Source: an uncultured Candidatus Binatia bacterium
GTDB lineage: Bacteria; Desulfobacterota; Binatia; UBA9968; CAXXLF01
Direction of reading: 5' to 3'
Assembly: GCA_965218425.1 (NCBI GenBank)
Contig: OZ244621.1
Location: 576,001-640,000, forward strand
DNA length: 64,000 nt
Part shown: piece by piece, positions 10,034-19,593 of the stretch
How the letters are laid out: each line of letters begins with the position of its first letter
Position numbering within the stretch: position 1 is the stretch's first letter
Program-made: the position numbers and the translations under genes
The notes under the pieces: model-generated
What the model saw: only the letters and a program-made list of their open reading frames with translations
Told to the model about the DNA's origin: nothing
The model's database searches: none

Positions 10034-11047
10034 CTAGGGACCGGATGAGCCCTGTGCCACCTTCAACGCATCCAGCCGCAGGGCGCTTTTAAGCTCGAAA
10101 CTTGAAGAGAGCAGTCCGTCCCGTTGGCACTCCTTGACGATCTCAGTCAATCCCTCGATAGGCAAAGTAAAGGTTGGATCGATGCGGCCATAGAGGGAAT
10201 CCATTAACTCGTCAAAGCGGCGCCGATCCTCGGGCTCTTCTGTGGGGAACCCGCTGGCCTGCACTAGTTTGCGAATCGCGTCTCGCTCCCGAGGATCGAT
10301 AACAACCTTCGCAGCATGCATCATTCCACGCAAGCACGACACCACAGCGTCGAATCGTTCCTGCAACGCGTGATCAGAAACAGCGGTAACCCGATCTTGC
10401 CTCGGTGCAAAGAACTGCCCGCCATCCACCAACTGGGGATAGCCCGCTTTGTCCATGTGACGCGCAAAGGAGACGCTCACCATAATGGCCTCTCCCTTCC
10501 CCTCCTCGAGGAGTTTCAAGGTCTGAAGCATGTCGTGCATGGCACCATGGTAAACGAATTCAACGTCTTTATCCGGTTCCATTTCGAATCGGCGCAAGAT
10601 TTCGCGGAACTGGATGTCCGTGGCCCCATTGGGAGTGCCGATAATGACACGCTTGCCCATGAGGTCCTCCATCTGCCGGATGTCCTTGGCACCGTAAAGA
10701 TGGAAGGTATGCCCTTTACGCCTCGAACCGCCGATGTAGACCGGTTTTCCCTGATCATTGGCCGACAAAATCATGGAGGTCAAAGGATCCACTGCGAGAT
10801 CGATCCATCCATGCTCCACCCCGGTTACCTGCGCCTCCTCCTCGCCGGTGGCAAGCAGTTCCACGTGGGAGAGTCCCTCCTGGGCAAAGAAGCCTCTCTC
10901 CATGGCCACCAACGGGATCGCCAGGTGGTTCCATTCATCGTGGGCGGCAGAGATGCAAAAGGGCCTTTGACGGGAGCCTTTTTCACCATCCACCGAATGC
11001 CAGGTTCGATAAGGCCCCTTAATTGACTCGTGTGCTGGGACCGCCAT
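10034..11047 (-). CDS. NMT1/SsuA (PBP2-fold) protein lacking a signal peptide
   Basis: VAMERGFFAQEGL, DLMGKRVIIG and MEPDKDVEFV motifs. N-terminus is hydrophilic. Alternative start at 11065. Confidence 0.8.
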   Translation of the reverse strand: MAVPAHESIKGPYRTWHSVDGEKGSRQRPFCISAAHDEWNHLAIPLVAMERGFFAQEGLSHVELLATGEEEAQVTGVEHGWIDLAVDPLTSMILSANDQGKPVYIGGSRRKGHTFHLYGAKDIRQMEDLMGKRVIIGTPNGATDIQFREILRRFEMEPDKDVEFVYHGAMHDMLQTLKLLEEGKGEAIMVSVSFARHMDKAGYPQLVDGGQFFAPRQDRVTAVSDHALQERFDAVVSCLRGMMHAAKVVIDPRERDAIRKLVQASGFPTEEPEDRRRFDELMDSLYGRIDPTFTLPIEGLTEIVKECQRDGLLSSSFELKSALRLDALKVAQGSSGP

Positions 11048-11061
11048 AGAATTGCTCTTTC

Positions 11062-12219
11062 TCACAACAACCGATCGTCGTAGGGCATATCCGCCATCTT
11101 GACGGCGCCGTCGTCCGTAATCAGGACCTGTTCCTCTAACTTCACGGCGACATCATCCCCCTCTTCACCGATAAAGCAATCCACCGACAGGACCTGACCC
11201 TTCTTGATGGTGTCATCCACGTCTTTTTGATTTTTCATGATACTGGGATACTCGCCTGGTGTGAGTCCGTTGGAGTGAGCGATGTGAAAAGAGTAAAGCA
11301 ATTTGTGAAACTTCTCTGGTACCGGTGGTAGTTTTGACTTGAATTCCGCGATGGGAAGCCCCGGCCTGAGCAAACCGATGACGCCGTTAATGTACTCGTG
11401 GGCGCGCCGGTATCGATCGCGTTGCTTGTCCGATCCCTTGGCGCCACAGAGATAAGTGCGAGATGAGTCGAAGATATAACCGCAGGGACCGTAAACGTGG
11501 AGGTCCAGGCCTGCCAGGTCGCCGTCCTTGAGTTTCCGTTCGGTGGGCCAACGGCGCCACGGGTTCATATTTTCACCCGAGCAAACGTTTATTTGCAAAA
11601 GGCCTTCGGCACCCAGCTCCACAACCCGGGAATAAATGAGGCTGATGAGATCCTCTTCACTTACCCCTGGGGCAAGTTCGTCCCGGAAGGTACGCATGAC
11701 ACTGCTGTAAATCTTGGCCACCTCTTTATAGATGAGTATCTCGTCTTTGGTTTTTACCGTCTTGGAGGGCTCGATGAGTTTTTCGGCGCTCACCAAGGGC
11801 ATCTCGTGATGGCTGAGGGCCATAAACGCTATGGGATCCAAGGTATCAATGCCGAGCTTTTTCCCGGCCACGCCAAACTCCGTCATGAGGTCCTTTAGCT
11901 TATCGGCCCACTTCAAGGCCTTTTGATCCGCTTCGGCGTCTGAGGGGTCCACTCGATAGATAATGGGGCGGACATCCGAATGGGAGAGTTTTACGTACCC
12001 TTCGTCCATGGATCTCACAAAGGCGATGGGTTCGCCCTGTGCAGGTACGAACGCCGTGCCCCCGGGGATGCGCAGGTTCAGCACATACCTCACGTTGATC
12101 CTGTCAGTAAGGAACATGCCACCCACATTTTCCCGCCGCATCACATCCTGGAGATTGCGCACACGATCCCGCTTGAGACGTTGGTCATCCCAGGTTTTCT
12201 CCACTGCGTTCGAGCCCAT
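11062..12219 (-). CDS. M24 (pita-bread fold) protein, DddP-like subgroup
   Basis: SGENMNPW, GPCGYIFDSSRTY, HSNGL, EYP and IGEEG..VKLEEQVLIT. Confidence 0.85.
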   Translation of the reverse strand: MGSNAVEKTWDDQRLKRDRVRNLQDVMRRENVGGMFLTDRINVRYVLNLRIPGGTAFVPAQGEPIAFVRSMDEGYVKLSHSDVRPIIYRVDPSDAEADQKALKWADKLKDLMTEFGVAGKKLGIDTLDPIAFMALSHHEMPLVSAEKLIEPSKTVKTKDEILIYKEVAKIYSSVMRTFRDELAPGVSEEDLISLIYSRVVELGAEGLLQINVCSGENMNPWRRWPTERKLKDGDLAGLDLHVYGPCGYIFDSSRTYLCGAKGSDKQRDRYRRAHEYINGVIGLLRPGLPIAEFKSKLPPVPEKFHKLLYSFHIAHSNGLTPGEYPSIMKNQKDVDDTIKKGQVLSVDCFIGEEGDDVAVKLEEQVLITDDGAVKMADMPYDDRLL

Positions 12220-12421
12220 TTATTTCCTCCTACCGTTTTGCCTCTACTCCAGCGCTACCATCGTGTGAGATGGCATCCTAATTAACACAACACCCCCACC
12301 ATATCAATCAGCGACCGAAGATACCCTGATCCATGATATCTTGAACTAAAATAAGAAAAAGACTATGGTTCGCGATTGTAGCCCCGCAGGGGCAAACAGA
12401 AAACAGCATTGGAGGCAGTCT

Positions 12422-13333
12422 ATGAAAATCCTTCGCTTTAACGATGACAGGATTGGAATCTCAAAGGACGGTAATTCGGTGGCGGACGTCAGTGACGTCA
12501 TAAGCCACAGGACGGAGAAAGGTCCTAATCGAGCCATGGAAGAGTTCATCGAGAGGCTCGGCTCAGGCCGTAGCGAGATCGAGCAGGCCGCAGCGCGGGG
12601 AAAGACGGTCCCGTTGAGCAGCGTGAAACTGCTGGCACCCATCCCGCGACCCAGCAAGGTGCTCGCCGCATTCGTCAACTACCTGGACAGGGCAGGCGCA
12701 GAGCCTGGGAACGTACCCATTGAATTCTTCTACAAGTCCCCTGAGCTGTTGGGACCGCAAGGAACGATTATCATCCCCGACATTCCCCCGGTGACTGTGT
12801 TCCAGCCGGAGGCGGAGCTTGGTTTTGTCGTGGGGAAAAGGGGCAAAGACGTGGCCGAGTCCGCCGCCATGGATTACGTCCTTGGCTACATGCCGTTTGT
12901 CGACGTTTCGTCCCGCGGCATGGTTCGCCGAACTCAGTTCCTAGGCAAAGGGCTGGACACATGGGGACCTTGCGGTCCCTGGATCACCACCGCAGACGAA
13001 GTCGGTGATCCCCACACCCTCCAGGTCAAATCCTGGGTCAACGGGAAGCCGCGCCAGGATTACAACACAAAGGACATGGCTCAGAAAATTCCGAAACTCA
13101 TCGCCTGGGCGACCCGCTTTGTCACCCTCTATCCCGGCGATGTGATTACCACGGGCACCTTTCACGAAGGCCTAGGCCCCATCAATGACGGGGATGTGCT
13201 GGAAATCGAGGTGGAGAAGCTGGGACGGGCAAAGTTTTTCACCAAAGGGTATGGCGAGCGAAAGGAAGGAAACTGGGCGCCCCCCATTCCCCAGCCTGGA
13301 CAAAGGACCGGGCCCGGGATGAGCCGGGTTTAA
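12422..13333 (+). CDS. Fumarylacetoacetate hydrolase family protein
   Basis: FQPEAELGFVVG, DVSSR, GKGLDTWGPCGPW and LYPGDVITTGT. GGAGG RBS before ATG 12422. Confidence 0.92.
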   Translation: MKILRFNDDRIGISKDGNSVADVSDVISHRTEKGPNRAMEEFIERLGSGRSEIEQAAARGKTVPLSSVKLLAPIPRPSKVLAAFVNYLDRAGAEPGNVPIEFFYKSPELLGPQGTIIIPDIPPVTVFQPEAELGFVVGKRGKDVAESAAMDYVLGYMPFVDVSSRGMVRRTQFLGKGLDTWGPCGPWITTADEVGDPHTLQVKSWVNGKPRQDYNTKDMAQKIPKLIAWATRFVTLYPGDVITTGTFHEGLGPINDGDVLEIEVEKLGRAKFFTKGYGERKEGNWAPPIPQPGQRTGPGMSRV

Positions 13334-13343
13334 AACTGCCAAA

Positions 13344-13390
13344 GCAAACCACCGGGGAATACCCAACCGGGTAACCAACCGGTGGTTTGC
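13344..13390. terminator. Long hairpin between convergent genes (terminator or stabilising stem)
   Basis: GCAAACCACCGG pairs with CCGGTGGTTTGC, with an inner TACCC/GGGTA stem. No clear U-tract. Confidence 0.5.
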
Positions 13391-13420
13391 CAATCTTCAC
13401 CTATCTGTCAGGCTGAACGA

Positions 13421-14512
13421 TCAAACGTTGATGACTGCCCCCATATTGACGGGGGTTCCCCGCTTCGCGCACTCAGCGAGGAAGATCTCTTTCACCTCAG
13501 CCATCACTTCGGGCGGGATATCTTCGTAGTTCATCTGGTTCCCACCTCGTTTTGTACTTCTCATGGTATAGAAAGTACTTCGGTCCACTTTATTGGTCCG
13601 GCTGCTGAGCTTCAGGGCCAAATGCTCCGCCGGGCCCTTGCTGATGACGCAGTGCTGGTGCCACCACCAGTTGGGAGGTACGATCATGGTCCCTGGCCCC
13701 CAATACTCCTTGGTCTTATTCTGCTCCCCTCCATCCGGCCACATCAGGGAATAGCCGTCCCCTTTCAACCAGATCACATGGGCGCCGGGCCCATGGCGAT
13801 GGAGTTTGCTGAAAGTGCCGCCGGGGAGCTCTACGATATGCGCCCCGAGGACGCCGTTGGCCATTTCAAAGGAGTATCCTCGTGAATCAACACCGCGATT
13901 GGATTCCTGCAACTCGAGATTGTAAATGTCGGCAAAAAAATTGCTGAAGCTGATGTCCACGGGAATGTCCCAGAGATCAAATTGCTCTTTTCTGATCTTG
14001 CTGGAGAAATAGTTTTCCTCACTGTTGAATCGTTCGGGAAAGACCGCATCGTTGTTAAAGATAAAGTCATCGTTTCGCACCAGGTTCATCATGATGGGTG
14101 CCGTAGTTACCGCCAGATACCGAGCCGGTTCCGTCCCCGATCCATTGAAGTGTTGATAGTGACAATTGAGCGGTATGGCAAAGAGGCTCCCAGCCTGCCA
14201 TTCGAAGAAATTCTTTTTCTTTGGATCCACCCACACGCTGGTGCTACCGCGGCCGCTGAGGATAAAAAGCATCTCTTCGTATACATGGCGCTGCGGTTTC
14301 AATTCACCCCCCACCGGGATCTCGCAGATGTAGGCGCTGTTCATCTCGCCGGTGCCGTCCAGTTGGATCTGCACCGCCTTGCCGCCAGTACGGTCCCAAT
14401 CTTTGAGGGGTTCGGTATAGACATTGTCGATCTTGGCGCCCCGGACCAGATCCAAGCCTTCCTTTTCCACCCACTCGTCATAGTACAAACAGTTCCATTT
14501 CATCTCCGCCAT
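13421..14512 (-). CDS. Bicupin protein, paralog 1
   Basis: N-cupin QRHVYEE...YQHFNG; C-cupin LHRHGPGAH...PPNWWWHQH. Confidence 0.88.
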   Translation of the reverse strand: MAEMKWNCLYYDEWVEKEGLDLVRGAKIDNVYTEPLKDWDRTGGKAVQIQLDGTGEMNSAYICEIPVGGELKPQRHVYEEMLFILSGRGSTSVWVDPKKKNFFEWQAGSLFAIPLNCHYQHFNGSGTEPARYLAVTTAPIMMNLVRNDDFIFNNDAVFPERFNSEENYFSSKIRKEQFDLWDIPVDISFSNFFADIYNLELQESNRGVDSRGYSFEMANGVLGAHIVELPGGTFSKLHRHGPGAHVIWLKGDGYSLMWPDGGEQNKTKEYWGPGTMIVPPNWWWHQHCVISKGPAEHLALKLSSRTNKVDRSTFYTMRSTKRGGNQMNYEDIPPEVMAEVKEIFLAECAKRGTPVNMGAVINV

Positions 14513-14584
14513 TTTAAGTCCTCCTAGACCAAGTCTCGCTTATCCAAGGTAAATTTCTCGTTAAAGAATCAAAGCAGGGACCGT

Positions 14585-15667
14585 TCACATGTCCACCACC
14601 GCGTCATTGATGGGGGTGCCTCGTTTTTCACATTCTTGAGCAAAGAGCTCCTTGAGCTCCGCCATCAACTCGGGGGGAGTATCTTCATAGTTCATCTGAT
14701 TTCCGCCTCGCTTGGTGCTCTTCAGGGTGTTCATGCTGTTTCGGTTAACTTTATTTGTCTTGCTGCTGAGCTTCAACGCTAGATGCCGGGCGGGCTCTTT
14801 GCTCACAATGCAGTGTTGATGCCACCACCAGTCGGGTGGAACCACCATCATGCCTTTCTTCCAGTTTTCTCTGATTTTCTCCCCTCCGTCGGGCCACATG
14901 ATGGTGTAGCCTTCTCCCATCAACCAGATGACATGGGCCCCCGGCCCGTGACGGTGCACCTTGCTGAAGGTGCCGCCGGGAATCTCCAGGAGGTGGCACC
15001 CCAGGACTCCGTTCGCCAACTCAAAATTGTAACCCCGGGTATCCACGCCGCGATTCCACTCCTGCAACTTCACATTGTAAACGTCGGCATAGAAGTTGCT
15101 GAAGTTAACGTTCAGGGGCATGTCCCACAAGGTAAAGAGCTCTGTCTTTATCTTGCCGGAAAAATAATTATCCTCACCCTGGTAACGCTCGGGAAAGACG
15201 GCATCATTGTCAAAAATAAAATCCTCGTTGCGCATGAGGTTCATCATGATGGGTGCTGTAGTCACGGCCAGATAGCGCGCAGGCTCGGAACCGGAACCGT
15301 TGAAATGTTGATAGCGGGCATTTAGCGGAATGGCGAAGAGGCTTCCCGCCTGCCATTCGAAACTGTTTTTGTGCCGCTCATCGTACCAAACGGTGGTGCT
15401 ACCGCGGCCGCTCAGGATAAAAACCATCTCCTCGTACATGTGCTTCTGCGGCGACAACTGCTTCTTGGGAGCAATCTCGCAAATATAGGCCGCGTTCAAC
15501 TCCCCGGTCCCCTGAAGTTGGATCTGGACCGCGTTACCCCCGGTGCGCGCCCATGGCTTCAGGGGTTGGGTAAAGACATCGTCAACCTTGTGGCCACGGA
15601 TGAGATCCAGGCCTTCACCTTTCACCCATTCATCATAATACAGGCAGTTCCACTTCATCTCAGCCAT
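14585..15667 (-). CDS. Bicupin protein, paralog 2 (tandem duplicate of paralog 1)
   Basis: Same start, MAEMKWNCLYYDEWV; motifs VHRHGPGAH and PPDWWWHQH. Confidence 0.88.
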   Translation of the reverse strand: MAEMKWNCLYYDEWVKGEGLDLIRGHKVDDVFTQPLKPWARTGGNAVQIQLQGTGELNAAYICEIAPKKQLSPQKHMYEEMVFILSGRGSTTVWYDERHKNSFEWQAGSLFAIPLNARYQHFNGSGSEPARYLAVTTAPIMMNLMRNEDFIFDNDAVFPERYQGEDNYFSGKIKTELFTLWDMPLNVNFSNFYADVYNVKLQEWNRGVDTRGYNFELANGVLGCHLLEIPGGTFSKVHRHGPGAHVIWLMGEGYTIMWPDGGEKIRENWKKGMMVVPPDWWWHQHCIVSKEPARHLALKLSSKTNKVNRNSMNTLKSTKRGGNQMNYEDTPPELMAELKELFAQECEKRGTPINDAVVDM

Positions 15668-15745
15668 TCGAGCTTCTCCCTCAATACTGCTTCCCGAGCT
15701 TGCATCACCTGGGGGGGCATACAAGGTTTTTTCTGCCGTCTGGAC

Positions 15746-16882
15746 CTATGCCGATTTTTTAAACTCGGGCATATCCGGTGTGATGCCTTTCTTGGCCAGT
15801 GTGGCCTCGAATCGGGTGCGTACCTGTGGATCTTCATCCTCATACTCCAGCAAGGTCCCGCCCTTCTTGATGGAGGTCAGGGTCCCGTCATCGAAGCGCT
15901 TGCCGGCCAGGGCGAATCCCATAGGGTACACCCTTCCGCCGTAGCGAACCGCCAAATGCCGCGCCGGCCCAGCCCCCGTGTTAAAGTGCTGGTGGAACCA
16001 GTTCGCCGGTGGGCAGTATACGCTTCCAGCCTTCCATTCGATCTGATGCACTTTATCCCCGTGACCGCTGGTATAGGGTTGGGGTCCCAGTTCATTGGGC
16101 CAGAGAAGGACGTAACCCTCGGACTGCAAACCGAGCAGAATAGCCCCTGACCCATGATAGTGGGCCTTATGATACCGCCCTATGGGCCAATGGGAGATAT
16201 GCCCGATCAGTGAGTTTCCTCCAATCTGGAACTGGGTGATCCTGACCGCCGCTCCCTTGCTCTCTTCAGACTCCAATTTCGCGGTGCCCACATCGGGAAT
16301 AAAGTTGGTCTCCCAGACATGGGTCATGCCGGTCTCGTAAATCTTATTGGTGACATTGAAATAGCCGTCTTCCCCGGCATATCGATCGGCAAATACCATG
16401 GGACAGTTGAAAACGAACTCGGGTGTGCGGTAGAGGTCTATGACTAGCGGGGCGTTCGTTACCGCCAAAAACTTCACCGGCTCGCGTCCGCCGTTCACCA
16501 ATCGGTGCCAGGTATTCAACGGGTTGGCAAAGACACTCAAAGGACCCCATTCAAACAGATGCTTTTTTCCATCTGATCCTTCCTGCCACACCTCCGTGGC
16601 ACCATTTCCGTCCAAGATACAAATAACCTCTTCAAACATATGCTTTTCAGGTTCCAAGGCGCCTCCCGGAGGGATCTCGGCCACATACATGCCCGTAATA
16701 CCTTCCTGCCCATAGAGATGGATAAAGCTCCCTTTTCCCCCGGTACGCTTCCAAGGTTGCAGTTTTAAGTCCCGCACATCCGAAAGGGCGTAGCCTTCCA
16801 CCATTGGAATTCCCTCAGCCTTCGCCCACTTGAAATACGCTGTCTTCTGCAGTGAAACCATCAATTTATCGAAGTCACCCAT
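15746..16882 (-). CDS. Bicupin protein, paralog 3
   Basis: EKHMFEE, WHRLVNG, KAHYHGSGA and PPANWFHQHFN. Confidence 0.88.
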   Translation of the reverse strand: MGDFDKLMVSLQKTAYFKWAKAEGIPMVEGYALSDVRDLKLQPWKRTGGKGSFIHLYGQEGITGMYVAEIPPGGALEPEKHMFEEVICILDGNGATEVWQEGSDGKKHLFEWGPLSVFANPLNTWHRLVNGGREPVKFLAVTNAPLVIDLYRTPEFVFNCPMVFADRYAGEDGYFNVTNKIYETGMTHVWETNFIPDVGTAKLESEESKGAAVRITQFQIGGNSLIGHISHWPIGRYHKAHYHGSGAILLGLQSEGYVLLWPNELGPQPYTSGHGDKVHQIEWKAGSVYCPPANWFHQHFNTGAGPARHLAVRYGGRVYPMGFALAGKRFDDGTLTSIKKGGTLLEYEDEDPQVRTRFEATLAKKGITPDMPEFKKSA

Positions 16883-17099
16883 TCTAGTCCCTCCTTAAAA
16901 TATTTATGATTCTTGGTTTAGACGCCCCACAGCCCCATCGTCACTCCAGACCTGTATATGCACAATATTTTAATTATTTTCAACCTTAGAAGTGGTACGC
17001 CATTGATGGACTTCATTGACAGTGTCCCCTTCCTTCGGGTATGGGTGGAGCAAATACCGGAAGTGATTGGGTTTTGCCCTTTTCTATGGGAGGACTTGG

Positions 17100-18305
17100 A
17101 TGATCGGCGGGGAACAAAACGAGCGCCTTTGCAGAACGGGACCGGGTAGTCCCTGCGGAGAACTGTTCCGCCGCTATTGGTTGCCTGTGTGTCTCTCTAA
17201 CCAGGTACCGGCAGAAGGGAAACCCTTGCAGGTCAAGGTCATGGGTGAAGACCTGGTTTTATTCCGCGATGACCGGGGATGTCCTGGCCTGCTAGGACTC
17301 AACTGTTCCCATCGTCTGACCTCCCTTGCCTATGGGCGGGTTGAAGATGGGGGAATCCGCTGTCCCTTCCACGGTTGGCTTTATGACCTGGAGGGCAAAT
17401 GCCTGGAGCAGCCTGCCGAACCCAATTCCAACGACAAAGACAAGGTTCGCCACCCCGCCTACCCCTGCCAGGAGCTCGGCGGTTTGATCTTCGCCTACCT
17501 GGGACCAAGGGACAAGATGCCGCTTTTGCCGAGGTATGAGACGCTGGTACGAGAGGATGGGAGTCGCAAAGTAGACTACTACCAGATCAACAGCAACTAT
17601 CTGCAAAACGTCGAAGGGGCCCTGGATACCTCCCACGCCTCATTCCTGCACATCGATAACTGGTCCAAGATGAAGCACAAGCTCGCCGCAATGCCCAAGC
17701 GAGAGATTCAATTCAAAGAAACCGAGTATGGAATCTGGCAAACCGCCACCTCTCATATCCAGGCAGCCACGAAAGGTGAATTGATCCCGGTTTTTGCGCA
17801 CTTTTTCATGCCCACCGGATTCATGAGAATACAGGAGAGCCGGTTTCAGAAAGGCCTGATCCAAAAGTTTCAATCGTGGTATGTCCCCATGGACGATACC
17901 CACACCAAACGATTCCAGGCGGCCTTCTCCCCTCTGTTGGAAAACGGCAAGCCCTACGAGTGGCCGCCGGCTGGGGATTTCATTCAGCCCGGACCCGAAA
18001 ACGACTACTTCAGAAACTATGCGGAAGTAGATACCCTTTCGGGCATCCCGCTCAGGACGTCTCAATCCGCCATCAAAGGCTTCCTTTGCCAGGACAACAT
18101 GGTCAACGAAACCCAGGGGGCCATTGTGGATCGCACCCGGGAGCATTTAGGGGCACTGGATAAAGTGTTGACGGCCATGCGGGTAATGATCCTACTAGCC
18201 ATCGAAGAAGTTCAGAAGGGTCGGGACCCAAAGCATATCATACGAGACGATCACAAAAATGAGATAGTCTATATTAGAGGGGATGAAGAGCAAGAACTCG
18301 CTTAA
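17100..18305 (+). CDS. Rieske oxygenase alpha subunit, LigXa/phthalate 4,5-dioxygenase-like
   Basis: RTGPGSPCGELFRRYW, CSH...CPFH, DTSHASFLH and QD...ETQG..DRTREHLG. GGGAGG RBS before ATG 17100. Confidence 0.92.
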   Translation: MIGGEQNERLCRTGPGSPCGELFRRYWLPVCLSNQVPAEGKPLQVKVMGEDLVLFRDDRGCPGLLGLNCSHRLTSLAYGRVEDGGIRCPFHGWLYDLEGKCLEQPAEPNSNDKDKVRHPAYPCQELGGLIFAYLGPRDKMPLLPRYETLVREDGSRKVDYYQINSNYLQNVEGALDTSHASFLHIDNWSKMKHKLAAMPKREIQFKETEYGIWQTATSHIQAATKGELIPVFAHFFMPTGFMRIQESRFQKGLIQKFQSWYVPMDDTHTKRFQAAFSPLLENGKPYEWPPAGDFIQPGPENDYFRNYAEVDTLSGIPLRTSQSAIKGFLCQDNMVNETQGAIVDRTREHLGALDKVLTAMRVMILLAIEEVQKGRDPKHIIRDDHKNEIVYIRGDEEQELA

Positions 18306-18348
18306 CCTGAACACCCTAATACTGTGAAGATTTAGAGAGGGCACAAAA

Positions 18349-19566
18349 ATGATCAAGGCAAGCGACCTTTCATGGAACGATGTGGTTCGCGTGGGGCCGG
18401 GTACCCTAGGCGGGCAATATCTACGCTCCTTCTGGTGGCCCGTGGCCTTGTCTGATGAGGTGAAAGACATTCCGGTGCCGGTCAAGATATTGGGAGAAGA
18501 GCTCGTGCTGTTCCGAGATCTCTCAGGGCATCTAGTGCTGCTGGACGCCCACTGTCCACACCGCAGAGCCTCGCTGGAGTATGGGAGAATTGAGGATCAA
18601 GGGATTCGGTGCGCCTACCACGGTTGGTACATCAGCCGCCAGGGAACGATCCTAGATCGGCCGGCAGAACCCATCAAGGCAACCGATCAGATCCGCCAGA
18701 ACTGGTACGTGGCCAAGGAGTTGGGCGGCTTTGTCTTCGGCTACCTGGGCCCTGATAAGGAAAGCCCGCCACCTCTTCCCCGGTATGACATCCTGGTACA
18801 GGATGGATTTCGAGTCGCGGAACGCGGAGACACCGAGTTGGGTAAAGCGTACAACTGCAATTGGCTGCAGGGCGTAGAAAACACCACGGACACCACCCAC
18901 CTGGCCTATTTGCATGGGATCTTCGATCGGTGCCCGGTTTTCAAGTCCATTGAGGGAGACTACGGGGTAAAAATCTACATCCTGGACGGGGGAAAAAGCC
19001 CCAACACGGTGCGATTGCGAAAGAGGTCCACGGTGCTCCCAACCATTAATCGAAAGTCCAGGGAGGAAACCGGGGCTAGGTCTACGGGAAGATCCAAGGG
19101 AACCATCCAGCAGGCCATATGGCTCATCCCCATTAACGATACCGAGTGCGGAGAGATGAGGTTGACGGTCTATCCTGAGGAGCCGCCGGAAAAACGGTAT
19201 TACGGAGCAGCCATGGATAAGGCCAAAGGCAGGGAGCGAAAGCCCTACGATCGGCGGTTCTATGGTGACATTCGGGGGAACGTTCCTTTGGAAGACAAGG
19301 CCATGGTGGAAAGCCAAGGACCCATCGTGGATCGAAGCTTGGAGCACACGGGATATGGTGATCGAGTGATTCTAATGCTGCGGAAAATGATCCGTGAGGG
19401 GATTGCCGATGTGGCCAATGGCCGAAGGCCCAAGGGCGTGTTGGAAAAGGAACTGACTCAGATCGATCTGGATATTGGAATTGAAGAGTTTGAGATCAAC
19501 AAATCTCCGGAGGTGGTAAGAGATCTCCTACCGGAACTCCAACACGACCTGAAGGAGGTTGGCTAA
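18349..19566 (+). CDS. Rieske oxygenase alpha subunit, LigXa/phthalate 4,5-dioxygenase-like
   Basis: RVGPGTLGG, CPH...CAYH, DTTHLAYLH and EDKAMVESQG. Confidence 0.92.
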   Translation: MIKASDLSWNDVVRVGPGTLGGQYLRSFWWPVALSDEVKDIPVPVKILGEELVLFRDLSGHLVLLDAHCPHRRASLEYGRIEDQGIRCAYHGWYISRQGTILDRPAEPIKATDQIRQNWYVAKELGGFVFGYLGPDKESPPPLPRYDILVQDGFRVAERGDTELGKAYNCNWLQGVENTTDTTHLAYLHGIFDRCPVFKSIEGDYGVKIYILDGGKSPNTVRLRKRSTVLPTINRKSREETGARSTGRSKGTIQQAIWLIPINDTECGEMRLTVYPEEPPEKRYYGAAMDKAKGRERKPYDRRFYGDIRGNVPLEDKAMVESQGPIVDRSLEHTGYGDRVILMLRKMIREGIADVANGRRPKGVLEKELTQIDLDIGIEEFEINKSPEVVRDLLPELQHDLKEVG

Positions 19567-19593
19567 TTTATTGATCGGCCAACCCCTGCAACT

